This document shows, piece by piece, positions 48,772 through 59,807 of a stretch of DNA of 64,000 bases. The stretch's first letter is position 1. Each line of letters begins with the position of its first letter. The position numbers and the translations under genes were made by a program. The DNA is taken from positions 2,432,001 through 2,496,000 of the forward strand of contig OY970061.1 of assembly GCA_963705255.1 (NCBI GenBank), in the 5' to 3' direction. Under the pieces are notes generated by a model. That model was not told where the DNA came from, did not search any database, and saw only the letters and a program-made list of their open reading frames with translations. Source of the DNA: an uncultured Methanoregulaceae archaeon. GTDB taxonomy: Archaea; Halobacteriota; Methanomicrobia; Methanomicrobiales; Methanospirillaceae.

Positions 48772-49170
48772 CTAGTCCCATCTCCTCATGACGATCCTGA
48801 TAGTCCCGTCCGTCTCGCTGGTCTGGGAGACCAGCTCGAAACCGTCCGCCAGGGCCTGCGAAAGGACCATACTCCGCGCATATTCCTTTTGGATGGCCCC
48901 GGCCTGATCCTTCAGCTGCTGCGCTATCTTCCGTTCGCCGGCTCCGGTAACCCCCCACCAGTCCGCGACCATGTCGTAGGTCCCGTCGCCGTTCCGGACA
49001 AACCCGATGCCGTACCCCTTGGTCTGGGTGACGGCGATATCCACCGTGTGTTCCCCGTGGTGTCCCCGGATAGTAATATCGGTCTCCACTTCATACCCGA
49101 GGTTTTTCAGGCAGGCGATGAGCGCCTCCCGGTGCCGGAACAGTGTCTTTACGCGGCTGTAATGCGACAT
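48772..49170 (-). CDS. DUF1257 (Ycf35-like) protein
   Basis: MSHYS.VKT, IGF......Y.MVADWW, final RRW. Confidence 0.85.
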   Translation of the reverse strand: MSHYSRVKTLFRHREALIACLKNLGYEVETDITIRGHHGEHTVDIAVTQTKGYGIGFVRNGDGTYDMVADWWGVTGAGERKIAQQLKDQAGAIQKEYARSMVLSQALADGFELVSQTSETDGTIRIVMRRWD

Positions 49171-49174
49171 GGTC

Positions 49175-49816
49175 TTACCCTCTCCTGCAGCGTGCTGCCA
49201 CCCGTCGGGTGACGTGCGGTCCCGGGAAGCCGGTCACCGTGATGCTGCCGTCCGGCAGAATGGTATACTCTGCCTGCCTGCAGGGAGTCCCAGGCACAGC
49301 GGTACTGGAAGCAAGGTTCCCGTTCAGCGCGATGGCGCACTGGTTGCCCGACCCCGTAAAAGGGTGGACTGATGCGCATGAAGGGATATAGGGCCCGGCT
49401 ATCAGGAGGTCGGTCATCATCAGGAGGCGGAGGTACGATGGCCGGCCATCCCGCAGGATACGGTCGTGCGTGTACCCCGTGAAGGTAACGATACTCAGTC
49501 CTTCGCGTTTCAGGCTGCGCCCAAGATCTGCAAGCGCGGCTGCCTGTGCAAACGGCTCACCACCGGAGAATGTGACACCGTCAATATCATCAAGGGCGAA
49601 GATCTGCTCTGCAAGCTCATCGACAGCAACTAGGTAGGCGGGAGAAAAAGACCATGACTGCGGGTTGAAGCACCCCCTGCACCGGATCGGGCAGCCCTGC
49701 ACCCAGACGACTGCCCGGAGGCCCGGGCCGTTCACTTCCGAGCGGGCGAGAAAACCCGCGAGGTTGAGAACGCTCTTAAGTCGGCATCCGGGATCGCTGT
49801 TTTCATGCACCATCAT
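49175..49816 (-). CDS. NrdG-like radical SAM (4Fe-4S) activase family protein
   Basis: NGPG.RAVVWVQGCPIRCRGCFNP, TFSGGEPFAQ, GSGNQ. Confidence 0.88.
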   Translation of the reverse strand: MMVHENSDPGCRLKSVLNLAGFLARSEVNGPGLRAVVWVQGCPIRCRGCFNPQSWSFSPAYLVAVDELAEQIFALDDIDGVTFSGGEPFAQAAALADLGRSLKREGLSIVTFTGYTHDRILRDGRPSYLRLLMMTDLLIAGPYIPSCASVHPFTGSGNQCAIALNGNLASSTAVPGTPCRQAEYTILPDGSITVTGFPGPHVTRRVAARCRRG

Positions 49817-50107
49817 TTTTCCGCCATGATGTATTGGCCGGTCAAAATGTTCCGGTGTGGGGGATCGATGTATCTTATAGTATTACCCAATCATCCCGGA
49901 ATGAAGATCACCCTCGGGGACGTGCAATATCAGCATACTTATGAGATACGATCTGACTATACAGGTTCGGTTTTCACCTTTTTATAGCCATTGTCCCCGC
50001 TGTTTGTAATTCATAAGGATTTCGCCCGGGCCGGTCCCGGGCGCGCGGCGTCCCCCTGTTCTGCCTGCCCACGCCATTATCATCCTCAAGAAATAATAGA
50101 TCAGGCA

Positions 50108-51118
50108 GTGAAAGCGACATTTGACGGCACATCAATACGCCTCGGGAAGGAAGGGCGCGCACTGTACGAGCAGAGCGGGTACGGGAGGCTGGACCCGCAG
50201 GGACTGCGGCTATCCCCGCAGGAGGCCCTCTACCTTCTCCACCGGCAGAAGATCGCATTCGAAGACTTCACGTTCGACACCCTTTTTGCCGAGTTTGCCG
50301 AAGAGCGCAATTTCCTCCGGAGTTTCCTCGTTTACCGCGACCTCCGCGAGCGGGGGTACGTGGTCCAGACCGGCCCGCACGATTTCCGCGTTTTCCGTCG
50401 CGGCGAGAAACCCGGGACGGGGGAGTCCCTCTACCTCGTCCGCGTCCTCTCGGAGCGCGACCCGATCCGATTCGAGAAGCTGATCGAGGAAGTGGTCGCT
50501 TCGAGGAACATGCGCAAGCAGTACATCCTTGCCGTCGTCGATGATGAGGACGAGCTCACCTATTACGAGATCAAGCTCCAGAAGCTGGCCGGGGCCGGTA
50601 TTCCGTCCCAGCCGCTCTCGCACCATGAGGCGATGCTGGTCGGCAAATCCGCGATGGTCCGGGTTCCCGCACACTCGGATCTCGAACAGGCTGGCTACGG
50701 GAAGCGGCTCGATGCCGAACGCCTTATGCTCTCCCCGGTGGAACTCCTCTATCTGATGGGCGAGAACGTGCTCACGCTCCGCCAGGGCAGTGAGACGATA
50801 AGCACGGCGGACCTCCTCGCGCTTGCCCGGGAGAGCGACCGGGAAGTCGTGGAGAAGCACAAGGTCTATACCGAGCTGCGGGGGCATGACTTCACCCCCA
50901 GGACCGGCTACAAGTTTGGCCACCACTTCCGGGTCTACTGCGGCAGGAATGTCCACTCGGACATGCTGGTCCATGCCGTTGAAAAGGAAGCGGTCATGCC
51001 CATGAGCGTCATCTCGCGGTCGGTGCGGATGGCGCACAGTGTCAAAAAGAAGATGTTGTTTGGGGCTGTACATACTACCGGAATCCAGTTCGTCGAATTT
51101 GCACGGATCAAACTGTGA
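50108..51118 (+). CDS. endA: tRNA-intron endonuclease (two-unit homodimeric type)
   Basis: VYRDLRERGY and TGYKFG.HFRVY repeats; VRMAHSVKK. Confidence 0.93.
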   Translation: MKATFDGTSIRLGKEGRALYEQSGYGRLDPQGLRLSPQEALYLLHRQKIAFEDFTFDTLFAEFAEERNFLRSFLVYRDLRERGYVVQTGPHDFRVFRRGEKPGTGESLYLVRVLSERDPIRFEKLIEEVVASRNMRKQYILAVVDDEDELTYYEIKLQKLAGAGIPSQPLSHHEAMLVGKSAMVRVPAHSDLEQAGYGKRLDAERLMLSPVELLYLMGENVLTLRQGSETISTADLLALARESDREVVEKHKVYTELRGHDFTPRTGYKFGHHFRVYCGRNVHSDMLVHAVEKEAVMPMSVISRSVRMAHSVKKKMLFGAVHTTGIQFVEFARIKL

Positions 51119-51127
51119 GCGCTCACC

Positions 51128-52384
51128 ATGCAGGAACCTCAGATCAACCCCTGGTCAAGCACCCCGTCCCTCGATATCGGGAAGGCCTTTGCGGATTTTG
51201 GTATCGAGCCCATCGCCCCGGTGATCTCCGATCTTCCTGACATCCCCTATTTCATGCGGCGGGGGATCGTGGTCGGCCACCGGGATTACCTCCCCATCGT
51301 GCAGGCAATCCGCAACCGCATGCCGTTCCATATCCTCACCGGCTTCATGCCGAGCGGCCACCCGCATCTCGGCCACCTCATGGTGATGAAGGAAGTGGTC
51401 TGGCACGTACAGCAGGGCGGCAACGGCTACGTAACCATCGCCGACCGCGAGGCACACGCGGTCCGGGAGATGCCGTGGGAGAAGTGCCGGGAGTACGGGA
51501 AAGAGTACCTCGCCTGCCTGTTTGCTCTCGGATTCGAGGGGCAGACCTATTTCCAGAGCAGGAACGACCGGCTCAAGGACCTTGCGTTCGAGGCTGCCAC
51601 TAAGGTAAATTTCTCGGAACTCGCCGCAATTTATGGTTTTTCTCCAGAGACGGACCTTGCCCATGCAGACAGCGTCATCACGCAGGTCGCTGATATCCTC
51701 TATCCCCAGATCGACCGGGAACCGGCACCGACCGTTGTGCCCGTGGGCGTGGACCAGGACCCGCACATCCGGCTCACCCGGGGGATCGCCCACAAGATGC
51801 GGATGTTCACGGTCGAGGAGCGCGACGGCTACATCAGCGTCCGCTCGAAGAATGCGCCGGACAAGGCGCTGGATGCGGTGAAAAAAGCCTTCCCGCACGC
51901 GAAAAAATACGAGGGGCACGTGGACATCAGGGGGGCACACTGTGCGGACGTGAGCGCGAAGGTCCGGCGGATCGAGCGGGAGTGCGGAGGATATGCCTTT
52001 TACACCCCATCTTCCACATACCATATCTTCATGCCCGGCCTGACCGGTGGCAAGATGTCGAGCAGCATCCCGGAGAGTATCATCTCGTTCTACGAGCCTG
52101 AGGCAGCGGTCAGGAAGAAGGTGATGAGCGGCATCACTGGCGGGAGGATGACGCTCGAGGAGCAGAAGCGGCTCGGAGGCGAACCGGACAAGTGCTCGCT
52201 CTACCTCCTCAACCTCTTCCATATGGTGACGGACGATGCGGAACTTGCGGAAGTCAGGAGGAGATGCGTCTCGGGGGAGATCACCTGCGGGCAGTGCAAG
52301 AAGGAGACCGCGGAGCGGGTCGTGGCCTTCCTGAAAGACTTCCGGGAGAAGATGGACGCGGCAGCAGAGACGATCGAGGTATGA
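51128..52384 (+). CDS. trpS: Tryptophan-tRNA ligase
   Basis: TGFMPSGHPHLGH, VPVGVDQDPH, KMSSS. Confidence 0.96.
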   Translation: MQEPQINPWSSTPSLDIGKAFADFGIEPIAPVISDLPDIPYFMRRGIVVGHRDYLPIVQAIRNRMPFHILTGFMPSGHPHLGHLMVMKEVVWHVQQGGNGYVTIADREAHAVREMPWEKCREYGKEYLACLFALGFEGQTYFQSRNDRLKDLAFEAATKVNFSELAAIYGFSPETDLAHADSVITQVADILYPQIDREPAPTVVPVGVDQDPHIRLTRGIAHKMRMFTVEERDGYISVRSKNAPDKALDAVKKAFPHAKKYEGHVDIRGAHCADVSAKVRRIERECGGYAFYTPSSTYHIFMPGLTGGKMSSSIPESIISFYEPEAAVRKKVMSGITGGRMTLEEQKRLGGEPDKCSLYLLNLFHMVTDDAELAEVRRRCVSGEITCGQCKKETAERVVAFLKDFREKMDAAAETIEV

Positions 52385-52385
52385 G

Positions 52386-53828
52386 ATGGCAGAACTGACG
52401 CAGAACGAGAAACGGCTGCTGGAGAAGTTGGCTGAGAAAAATAAAGCGGATGTTCAACAACTTGCGGATGAATTGGATGCGACTCCGGAAGTTGTCGTAC
52501 AGTGGGGGCTGCTCGGAAAGGACCATGGTCTGGCAGATGTCTTACGAGGCGTTAAAAAAACTCTGGAATATACTGAAGAAGGAAGGAACTATTTAGAAAA
52601 TGGCCTTCCCGAGACGCAGATTCTGACTGCAATAGGTAATTGCACCACTCTCTCCGCATTACAGAAACACCCGGCTTTCAAGATTGGTTTCGGGCAGCTC
52701 CGGAAAAAAGGCCTTATTACCGTGACCGAAGGCAATGTCACTAAAGTTTCAGGTGCTTCGACTGAAAAAGATGAATCTGCACTAAAAAACCGAGATAACA
52801 ATAACCCTCTTATAAAGGATCTTATAAAACGAGGCCTTTTGCAGGAAACTGAAAAGGTTCAGTATACTCTGTCTATCACTGAAGCAGGGACCTTAAAAGT
52901 CAAACAAGGGCTCGACCTCCGCGAAGAGACCGGCACCCTCACCCGCGAGCAGATCATATCGGGTGAGTGGAAGAACGCGAAATTCCGCAAATATGACGTG
53001 ACCAAACTCCCGAGAAAGGCGTATCCCGGCAAACTCCACCCCTACCAGCGGATCATTGCCGAGATGCGGGAGATCCTTCTCGACATGGGATTCACCGAAC
53101 TCTACGGCAGCATCGTCCAGCAGTCTTACTGGAACTTCGACGCCCTGTTCCAGCCGCAGGACCACCCAGCCCGCGAGATGCAGGACACCTTCTACCTCGG
53201 CGAGACTTTGCCGCTGCCAGCAGGGTACGAGCGGGTCAAGGCCATGCACGAGTCGGGCGGGGAGACGTCCTCAACCGGCTGGGGAGGTACTTGGAAGGAG
53301 GCGAAGGCCGAGCAGTGCGTGCTGCGGACGCACACGACCAGCCTCTCCATCCAGCACCTTGCAGAGAACCCCAATCCCCCGGTCAAGGCCTTCTGCATCG
53401 GCAGGGTCTACCGGCGCGAGACGATCGACACCACCCACCTTGCCGAGTTCGAGCAGCTCGAGGGGATCGTGATGGACGAGGGTGTCCATTTCGGGAACCT
53501 TCTCGGGATCCTCCGAGAGTTCTACCACCGCATGGGATTCGAGGGCGTGCGGTTCAAGCCATCCTATTACCCATATACCGAACCGAGCCTCGACGCTGAA
53601 GTCTATGTCGACGGCATCGGCTGGATTGAAATGGGGGGAGCGGGCGTCTTCCGCGAGGAGGTCACCGCGCCGTTCGGCATCCAGTACCCTGTCCTCGCGT
53701 GGGGGCTCGGGGTGAGCCGGATCGCCATGCTCCGCCTCGGCCTCAAGGACCTGCGTCACCTCCACCGCAGCGATGTCGCGTTCCTCCGGGAGACCCCGGC
53801 CTACCGGCGGCCATTGGGAGGCGCCTGA
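52386..53828 (+). CDS. pheS: Phenylalanine-tRNA ligase alpha subunit
   Basis: [36 protein letters not shown]. Confidence 0.96.
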   Translation: MAELTQNEKRLLEKLAEKNKADVQQLADELDATPEVVVQWGLLGKDHGLADVLRGVKKTLEYTEEGRNYLENGLPETQILTAIGNCTTLSALQKHPAFKIGFGQLRKKGLITVTEGNVTKVSGASTEKDESALKNRDNNNPLIKDLIKRGLLQETEKVQYTLSITEAGTLKVKQGLDLREETGTLTREQIISGEWKNAKFRKYDVTKLPRKAYPGKLHPYQRIIAEMREILLDMGFTELYGSIVQQSYWNFDALFQPQDHPAREMQDTFYLGETLPLPAGYERVKAMHESGGETSSTGWGGTWKEAKAEQCVLRTHTTSLSIQHLAENPNPPVKAFCIGRVYRRETIDTTHLAEFEQLEGIVMDEGVHFGNLLGILREFYHRMGFEGVRFKPSYYPYTEPSLDAEVYVDGIGWIEMGGAGVFREEVTAPFGIQYPVLAWGLGVSRIAMLRLGLKDLRHLHRSDVAFLRETPAYRRPLGGA

Positions 53829-55456
53829 TGGCAGTCATATCCCTCCCCTACCGCTACCTTGAGCGCCTCACCCGGATCGACCGGAAAGCGATCCTCGATA
53901 AGGTTGCCCTCATCGGTTCGGACGTGGAGCGGATCGAGGAAGACCATGCAGACGTGGAGTTCTTCCCGGACCGCCCCGACCTCTTCTCGCCGGAAGGTGT
54001 GGCGCGGGCCATGCGGGGTTTTCTCGGGATCGAGAGTGGCCTGCCCTCGTACCCGGTCAGGCCCTCGGGGATCTCCTTCACGGTCGACCCGGCCCTTGCG
54101 GATATCCGCCCGGTCCTCGGGGCGGCCGTCATCCGCGGGGTCTCCTTCGACGACGAATCGATCCAGAGCATCATGGCCCTGCAGGAATCACTCCACTGGG
54201 CGGTCGGGCGGGGCAGGTCCAAGGTCGCGATCGGGATCCATGACCTCGACACCGTGAAGCCCCCTTTCCACTACATCGCGTCGCGCCGCAGCCGGAAGTT
54301 CATCCCGCTCGACTTCACCGAAAAGATGAGCCTGGACGAGATCCTCGAAAAGCACCCGAAGGGAAGGGACTATGCAAAGATCGTGAAGGACTTCCCCCTC
54401 TTCCCGCTGATTGTCGACGACGACGACCATGTCCTGTCGTTCCCTCCTATTATCAACGGCGAGCGGACGCGGGTGACTCTCGATACGAAGAACATCCTCC
54501 TCGATACGACCGGGACCGACAAACGGGCAGTCGGGGTTGCCGTGAATATCATCTGTACCGCGATGGCCGAGGCCGGGGCAAGGATTGAGAGTGTCGAGAT
54601 CAACAGTATCCAGACTCCGACCCTGGCGCCCGTGGAGAGGACGGTGAGCGTCAGGGAGTGCTCCGCCCTGCTCGGCATCGACCTGACGGCGTCCTCGATG
54701 GCAGCACTCCTCGGAAAGATGCGGTTCGGTGCACAGCCCGATGGCACCGACCGGCTGACGGTTCAGGTCCCCTGCTACCGTGCGGACATTATGCACGACT
54801 GGGACATCTTCGAAGACGTTGCAATCGCGTACGGGTATGAAAACCTCCAGGCAATGCCGCCTGCAACATTCACGGTCGGGAAACCCAACCCGGTGCAGAT
54901 GTATGCGAATATCGCGCGTGATATCTTCTGCGGCCTCGGGTACCTTGAGGTGATGCCGTTCACCTTAACAAACGAGGACACCCTCTTCAAAAAGATGCGT
55001 CGGCCGGAGGTCCCCGGGGTCCTGCATGTGCTCCACCCGATCAGCATCGAGAACACCGTTGTCAGGACGGACCTGGTGCCCCTGCTCCTCGAATTCCTGG
55101 CCCTGAACCGGCACCGCGAACTTCCCCAGCGCCTCTTCACGGTCGGCGACGTGGTGGAGCGCTGTGCCACCCACCAGCAGGCGGCCGGTGTCAGCACGCA
55201 CCCCGATGCGGACTTCTCGGAAGCATATGCGTGCGCCGATGCAGTCCTGCACGAGCTCTCTATTGCCTACACGGTGAAAGAGTCTGAAGACCCGGCCTTC
55301 ATCAAAGGCAGGAGAGCGGATATCATCGTCGCCGGTAAAAAAGCAGGGGTTCTCGGGGAGATCCATCCTGCAGTGCTGAACGCCTTTGAACTGGAACACT
55401 CCGTGGCAGCGTTCGAGCTCGATCTCAGAGCCGTACCGGGATACCCCGCCCTTTGA
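53828..55456 (+). CDS. pheT: Phenylalanine-tRNA ligase beta subunit
   Basis: [32 protein letters not shown]. Confidence 0.95.
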   Translation: MAVISLPYRYLERLTRIDRKAILDKVALIGSDVERIEEDHADVEFFPDRPDLFSPEGVARAMRGFLGIESGLPSYPVRPSGISFTVDPALADIRPVLGAAVIRGVSFDDESIQSIMALQESLHWAVGRGRSKVAIGIHDLDTVKPPFHYIASRRSRKFIPLDFTEKMSLDEILEKHPKGRDYAKIVKDFPLFPLIVDDDDHVLSFPPIINGERTRVTLDTKNILLDTTGTDKRAVGVAVNIICTAMAEAGARIESVEINSIQTPTLAPVERTVSVRECSALLGIDLTASSMAALLGKMRFGAQPDGTDRLTVQVPCYRADIMHDWDIFEDVAIAYGYENLQAMPPATFTVGKPNPVQMYANIARDIFCGLGYLEVMPFTLTNEDTLFKKMRRPEVPGVLHVLHPISIENTVVRTDLVPLLLEFLALNRHRELPQRLFTVGDVVERCATHQQAAGVSTHPDADFSEAYACADAVLHELSIAYTVKESEDPAFIKGRRADIIVAGKKAGVLGEIHPAVLNAFELEHSVAAFELDLRAVPGYPAL

Positions 55457-56230
55457 GATACTCTTTTACGTCCCTGACCGTGAATTCCCCGTAGTGGAAG
55501 ACGCTTGCGGCAAGGCAGGCATCGGCTTTTCCCTTTACAAAACCGTCGTAGAAATGCCCGAGCGTGCCGACTCCGCCGCTCGCGATCACCGGGATCCCGG
55601 CGGCATCGGAAATGGCCGAGGTGATCGCGATATCGAAACCGTTCTTCGTGCCGTCGGTCTCCATGCTGGTGAGCAGGATCTCGCCCGCCCCGCGCTCTTC
55701 CGCCTCCTGTGCCCAGGCGACGGCATCGATGCCGGTCGGCCTGCTCCCGCCATAAATCACCACTTCGTACCAGCACTGCGTCCCGTCTTCGAGAAAAACG
55801 GGGATCGCTTCCGGGTTGGGCGTGAAGCTCCGGCGGACGTCCATTGCGACGACAATGCACTGCGTCCCGAACGCCTCCGCCCCCCGGGTGATGAGGGCGG
55901 GGTCATGGACCGCGCTCGTGTTGACACTCACTTTGTCCGCGCCGGCCCGGAGGATCTGCTGGATATCCTCAAGGGACCTGAGTCCGCCGCCGACAGTAAG
56001 CGGGAGGAAGAGCTGGTCTGCTGCCCGCTGTATCAGGTCGATGATGATGCCCCGCTTCTCCTTCGACGCGGTGATATCGAGAAAGACCACTTCGTCCGCG
56101 CCCTGGTCGTTGTACCTCCCGGCAAGTTCGACCGGGTCGCCGGCGTCCTGAGCCCGAGGAAATTCGTGCCTTTCACCACCCTGCCGTTCTTGAGGTCGAG
56201 GCAGGGAATGATCCGTCGCGTGAGCACCAT
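55425..56230 (-). CDS. hisF: Imidazole glycerol phosphate synthase cyclase subunit; 1-nt deletion near 56147
   Basis: RRIIPCLD...GRVVKG; restoring one G gives [11 protein letters not shown]; [23 protein letters not shown]. Confidence 0.93.
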
Positions 56231-56389
56231 GGGTACAGAATCTGGGCGTGCAACCCCTATCTATATTTCCACACGGTGGTTTTGTACGCGTTCACGGGCC
56301 TTCACGGAGTTTTTATCTGATATGGGGTGCTTACTCATAGGGTAATCAGTACCGGGGACCTGCGGGTCGTTCCGGATACGAGGATGTTC

Positions 56390-57616
56390 ATGAGTTCAGG
56401 GATGCTGAAGATCGAATGGGCGGCGCAGTACATGCCGGTGCTTGCCGCGATACGAAAGCAGTTTGAGAAGGAGAAGCCCTTTGCCGGCATGACGATCGGC
56501 ATGGCCCTCCATGTCGAAGCCAAGACTGCCAATCTCGTTACTACCCTCGCGGCAGGCGGAGCCGTAGTACATATAACCGGGTGCAACCCGCTCTCCACGC
56601 AGGACGACGTTGCCGAAGCACTCAATACCGTAAAAAATGTCCACTGCTATGCCAGGCGTGCCTGCACGGTTGAGGAATATTACGAAGCGATCAACAGGGT
56701 CCTTGACGCACGACCGGTCATCACCATCGATGACGGGATGGACCTGATCCATTACATCCATACGAAACGGCGTGACCTCATAAAGAAGGTGATCGGCGGC
56801 TGTGAAGAGACGACCACCGGCATCCACCGCCTCCGCTCCATGGCTGCGGAAGGCAAGCTCGAGTTCCCGGTGGTCGCAGTGAACGACACCCCGATGAAAC
56901 GGTTCTTTGACAATGTCCACGGCACCGGGGAGAGCGCTCTCACCTCGATCATGATCACGACCAATACCCTCATCGCCGGGAAGTACGTGGTGATTGCCGG
57001 GTACGGGTACTGCGGCAGGGGGCTTGCAAAGAAGGCCCACGGCCTCGGGGCAAAGGTCATCGTCACCGAAGTCGACCCGCGGCGGGCCCTCGAGGCGCAC
57101 ATGGACGGGTATTCCGTCATGACGATGGAGAATGCTGCAGCGCTTGGGGACATCTTCATCACGACCACCGGCAACACCAGCGTCATCAACGGAAAGCACT
57201 TCAAAAAGTTAAAAGAAGGTGCCATCCTCTCCAATGCCGGCCACTTCAACGTGGAGATCGACATGGGGTGGCTCCACGACCATGCGGACAATGTTGTCCA
57301 GCGCGAGGGTATCGAGACCTTCATGCTGAAAGGAAAAGCAGTCCACGTGCTTGCCGAGGGGAGACTCGTCAACCTAGCGACCCCGAAGGGCATGGGGCAT
57401 CCCATCGAAGTGATGGACCTGAGTTTTGCGCTCCAGGCGCTCTGCGCCCGCTATATTGCAAAGTCGGGCAAAAAACTCAAGGGCGGGGTCTACGATGTCC
57501 CGCAGGAGATCGACGAAGAGGTCGCAAACCGGAAGCTCTCGTCGCTCGGGCTCTCCATCGATTCGATGACAAAAGAGCAGAAAAAATATCTCTGCAGCTG
57601 GGATATCGGGACGTAA
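56390..57616 (+). CDS. ahcY: Adenosylhomocysteinase
   Basis: CNPLSTQD, EETTTG, FDN.HGTG, GYGYCGRG, EGRLVNL. Confidence 0.96.
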   Translation: MSSGMLKIEWAAQYMPVLAAIRKQFEKEKPFAGMTIGMALHVEAKTANLVTTLAAGGAVVHITGCNPLSTQDDVAEALNTVKNVHCYARRACTVEEYYEAINRVLDARPVITIDDGMDLIHYIHTKRRDLIKKVIGGCEETTTGIHRLRSMAAEGKLEFPVVAVNDTPMKRFFDNVHGTGESALTSIMITTNTLIAGKYVVIAGYGYCGRGLAKKAHGLGAKVIVTEVDPRRALEAHMDGYSVMTMENAAALGDIFITTTGNTSVINGKHFKKLKEGAILSNAGHFNVEIDMGWLHDHADNVVQREGIETFMLKGKAVHVLAEGRLVNLATPKGMGHPIEVMDLSFALQALCARYIAKSGKKLKGGVYDVPQEIDEEVANRKLSSLGLSIDSMTKEQKKYLCSWDIGT

Positions 57617-57886
57617 TTGTATTGGAATTTTATAAAAACATCCGCGTGTTTCATTCCGGGGCTTGTCCATCACTCAGGTGACCTCGTAATTCTCACCCCC
57701 CGCCCACGCGATCCGATCGCGATATTCAGCCATTGCCACTTCCGGACCTGACAATTTTTTTTAAAATGATTTCTACAGAGCCAATTTTTTAGCAATATTC
57801 ACCGTTGTTGATTATGTACTACTGTTAAAAAATCCTGAACTGTGAAGCCGCAGGTGCAGCTCCCGAGAGCGGATTATGTCCATGAT

Positions 57887-58735
57887 TCACCCCTCCCTCG
57901 CCGCGTACAGGTATTCCTGTGCATACCCGCAGTATTCCCCGAAATGATCGCGTGCAAAGCGGCGGATGATATCGTATTCCCAGCCGGTGAGGGCAGAACC
58001 GGTGCTTAACGTTGGGAGATAATGCTTTTGCATGATCCGGCGGATCCAGACATCTACCGGGAAGGCCTCGTATTTCCGGAACGCGAAGAGGAGGATACAG
58101 TCTGCCGCTTTCGGCCCGACGCCGGAAAGTTTCATGAGAGCCCGACGGGCATCCTCGCAGGGCATGGCCGCGATCGAGGTCTCCCAGCTCTTTACGTCGG
58201 CAATATCGCAGGCAGTACGGAAAACATACGGCCGGCGGTACCCGAGCCGGCAGTCCGCGAGTGCGTCGTTTCCGGAACAGGACAGGGCGCCCGGTTCCGG
58301 GAATGTGTAATAGACCCTGTCTTCAAATGTCACCTCTTTTCCGAACTTTTCGGCGATCGTTGCGATCCGCCGGCGGATCATGGGGATATTGGAGTTGGTG
58401 GAGCAGATATACGACATGAGGCATTCCCAGGGAGGCTGCCAGATAAGCCGCAGGCCCCGGAACCGCTCTATCGCAGTATGAATGAATGGGTCGCGGTCGA
58501 TTGCCGAAAGGATCGACCTGAGATCCAGGTCAAGGGAGAAATAGTCCCGGATGAACTCTCCCGTTGCACCCTCAAACGAGAGATGAGGGCCATCCTGCCG
58601 TATCCGGATGACGTGGCTGCCAACGATACCATACCAGGTCCCATCGTCAATGCGGTCCCAGCGGAAGACCTGGCCGCAGGCAAGGGTCTGGTCCAGAGAG
58701 AACGGCTGGTCCGGGGAAAGGGTAATGACAGGCAT
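57887..58735 (-). CDS. 8-oxoguanine DNA glycosylase (OGG1-like HhH-GPD)
   Basis: TL.CGQ.FRW, LGYR, L.GVGPKAADCILLF...AFPVDVW, GYAQEYL. Confidence 0.9.
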   Translation of the reverse strand: MPVITLSPDQPFSLDQTLACGQVFRWDRIDDGTWYGIVGSHVIRIRQDGPHLSFEGATGEFIRDYFSLDLDLRSILSAIDRDPFIHTAIERFRGLRLIWQPPWECLMSYICSTNSNIPMIRRRIATIAEKFGKEVTFEDRVYYTFPEPGALSCSGNDALADCRLGYRRPYVFRTACDIADVKSWETSIAAMPCEDARRALMKLSGVGPKAADCILLFAFRKYEAFPVDVWIRRIMQKHYLPTLSTGSALTGWEYDIIRRFARDHFGEYCGYAQEYLYAAREG

Positions 58736-58905
58736 GGGTTTCTGATCCGGAACTATCTTTAGTACCTCCCCTATTGGGGTTTAGGGAATTTAATCCCGCG
58801 TTGAGGGCAGGAAATTCCGGAGAAAGGCTGCGTGGACACTGGATCACAAAATAGTTTCGCATTGGAACGAATAGCCTTTTAATATATAAATCAATAGTTC
58901 TTCTC

Positions 58906-59235
58906 ATGGAATTGACAGAAATCCTGAAAACATTTATTGAGGAAGGGCAGGACTGGGAGCGCAAACAGACGTCGGTGAAAGGTGTTTCCATCATCCGGCT
59001 CCCGGCGACCAAGAACCGTGCGGCCTCCCTTGCAATCGATATCAACCCTATCGGCGACAACGGTCTCCCGATGAAGAAAAAAGGCATCATGATCATGAAC
59101 CGCGCCGAAATTGCTGCATTCAGGACGGCGTTCAACAATGAAAAAGTCGACGGCCTGGTTGCAGCTCTCGAAGAAGTCCTGCCTGAACGCAAGACCTCAG
59201 GAAAACCTGCAAAGGCAGATGTCCTGCAGATTTAA
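58906..59235 (+). CDS. Conserved hypothetical protein
   Basis: TATA box (TTTTAATATATA) upstream; DWERK.TS.KGV. Confidence 0.7.
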   Translation: MELTEILKTFIEEGQDWERKQTSVKGVSIIRLPATKNRAASLAIDINPIGDNGLPMKKKGIMIMNRAEIAAFRTAFNNEKVDGLVAALEEVLPERKTSGKPAKADVLQI

Positions 59236-59265
59236 CGTCCCCGGATGCGAATTCCCGACTGAGGA

Positions 59266-59757
59266 GTGATACGTATCAGGAACTGGATAGCGGCGTGTGT
59301 AATTTTTCTTGTAGCAGCAGCAATCGTGTCCGGATGTCTTGGAGTGAAGACACCGTCGGTGTCCCGGGCAACCCCCCCCGCGATACTGGTGGATTATCTG
59401 CGCACCGGCGGAGTTGCAGGTCTGGATGAGAGGCTCGTCGTATTCGACAATGGGGTTGCGGCCTTCTCGGGCAAGGATGTAAATAAAGAGATACCGATCA
59501 ACCAGACTGAGCTTGAAACTCTCTCCAGTCTCTTCGACCAGGCACAGTTCTCGATGCTCGAGAACAATTATACGTCCCATCGCCACGGGGCTGATTTTAT
59601 ACACTATACCATAAGCTATCACGGGAAGACGGTGAATACCGAGGATTCCGCTGTGCCTCCTGCACTCCAGCCGCTGATTGATGAATTGAACCGCATCATT
59701 CTTACCGGCCAGGAGCAGGAACTGGGGGCGCGGCAGTTTGCGAACCTCTACACGTAA
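59266..59757 (+). CDS. Lipoprotein
   Basis: VSGC lipobox; RTGGVAG, GADF..Y. Confidence 0.7.
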   Translation: MIRIRNWIAACVIFLVAAAIVSGCLGVKTPSVSRATPPAILVDYLRTGGVAGLDERLVVFDNGVAAFSGKDVNKEIPINQTELETLSSLFDQAQFSMLENNYTSHRHGADFIHYTISYHGKTVNTEDSAVPPALQPLIDELNRIILTGQEQELGARQFANLYT

Positions 59758-59807
59758 CCGTTACGTGGGGATTCCCCGCAAGGCTGTTTCGTGGTACAGA
59801 GGAGGAA

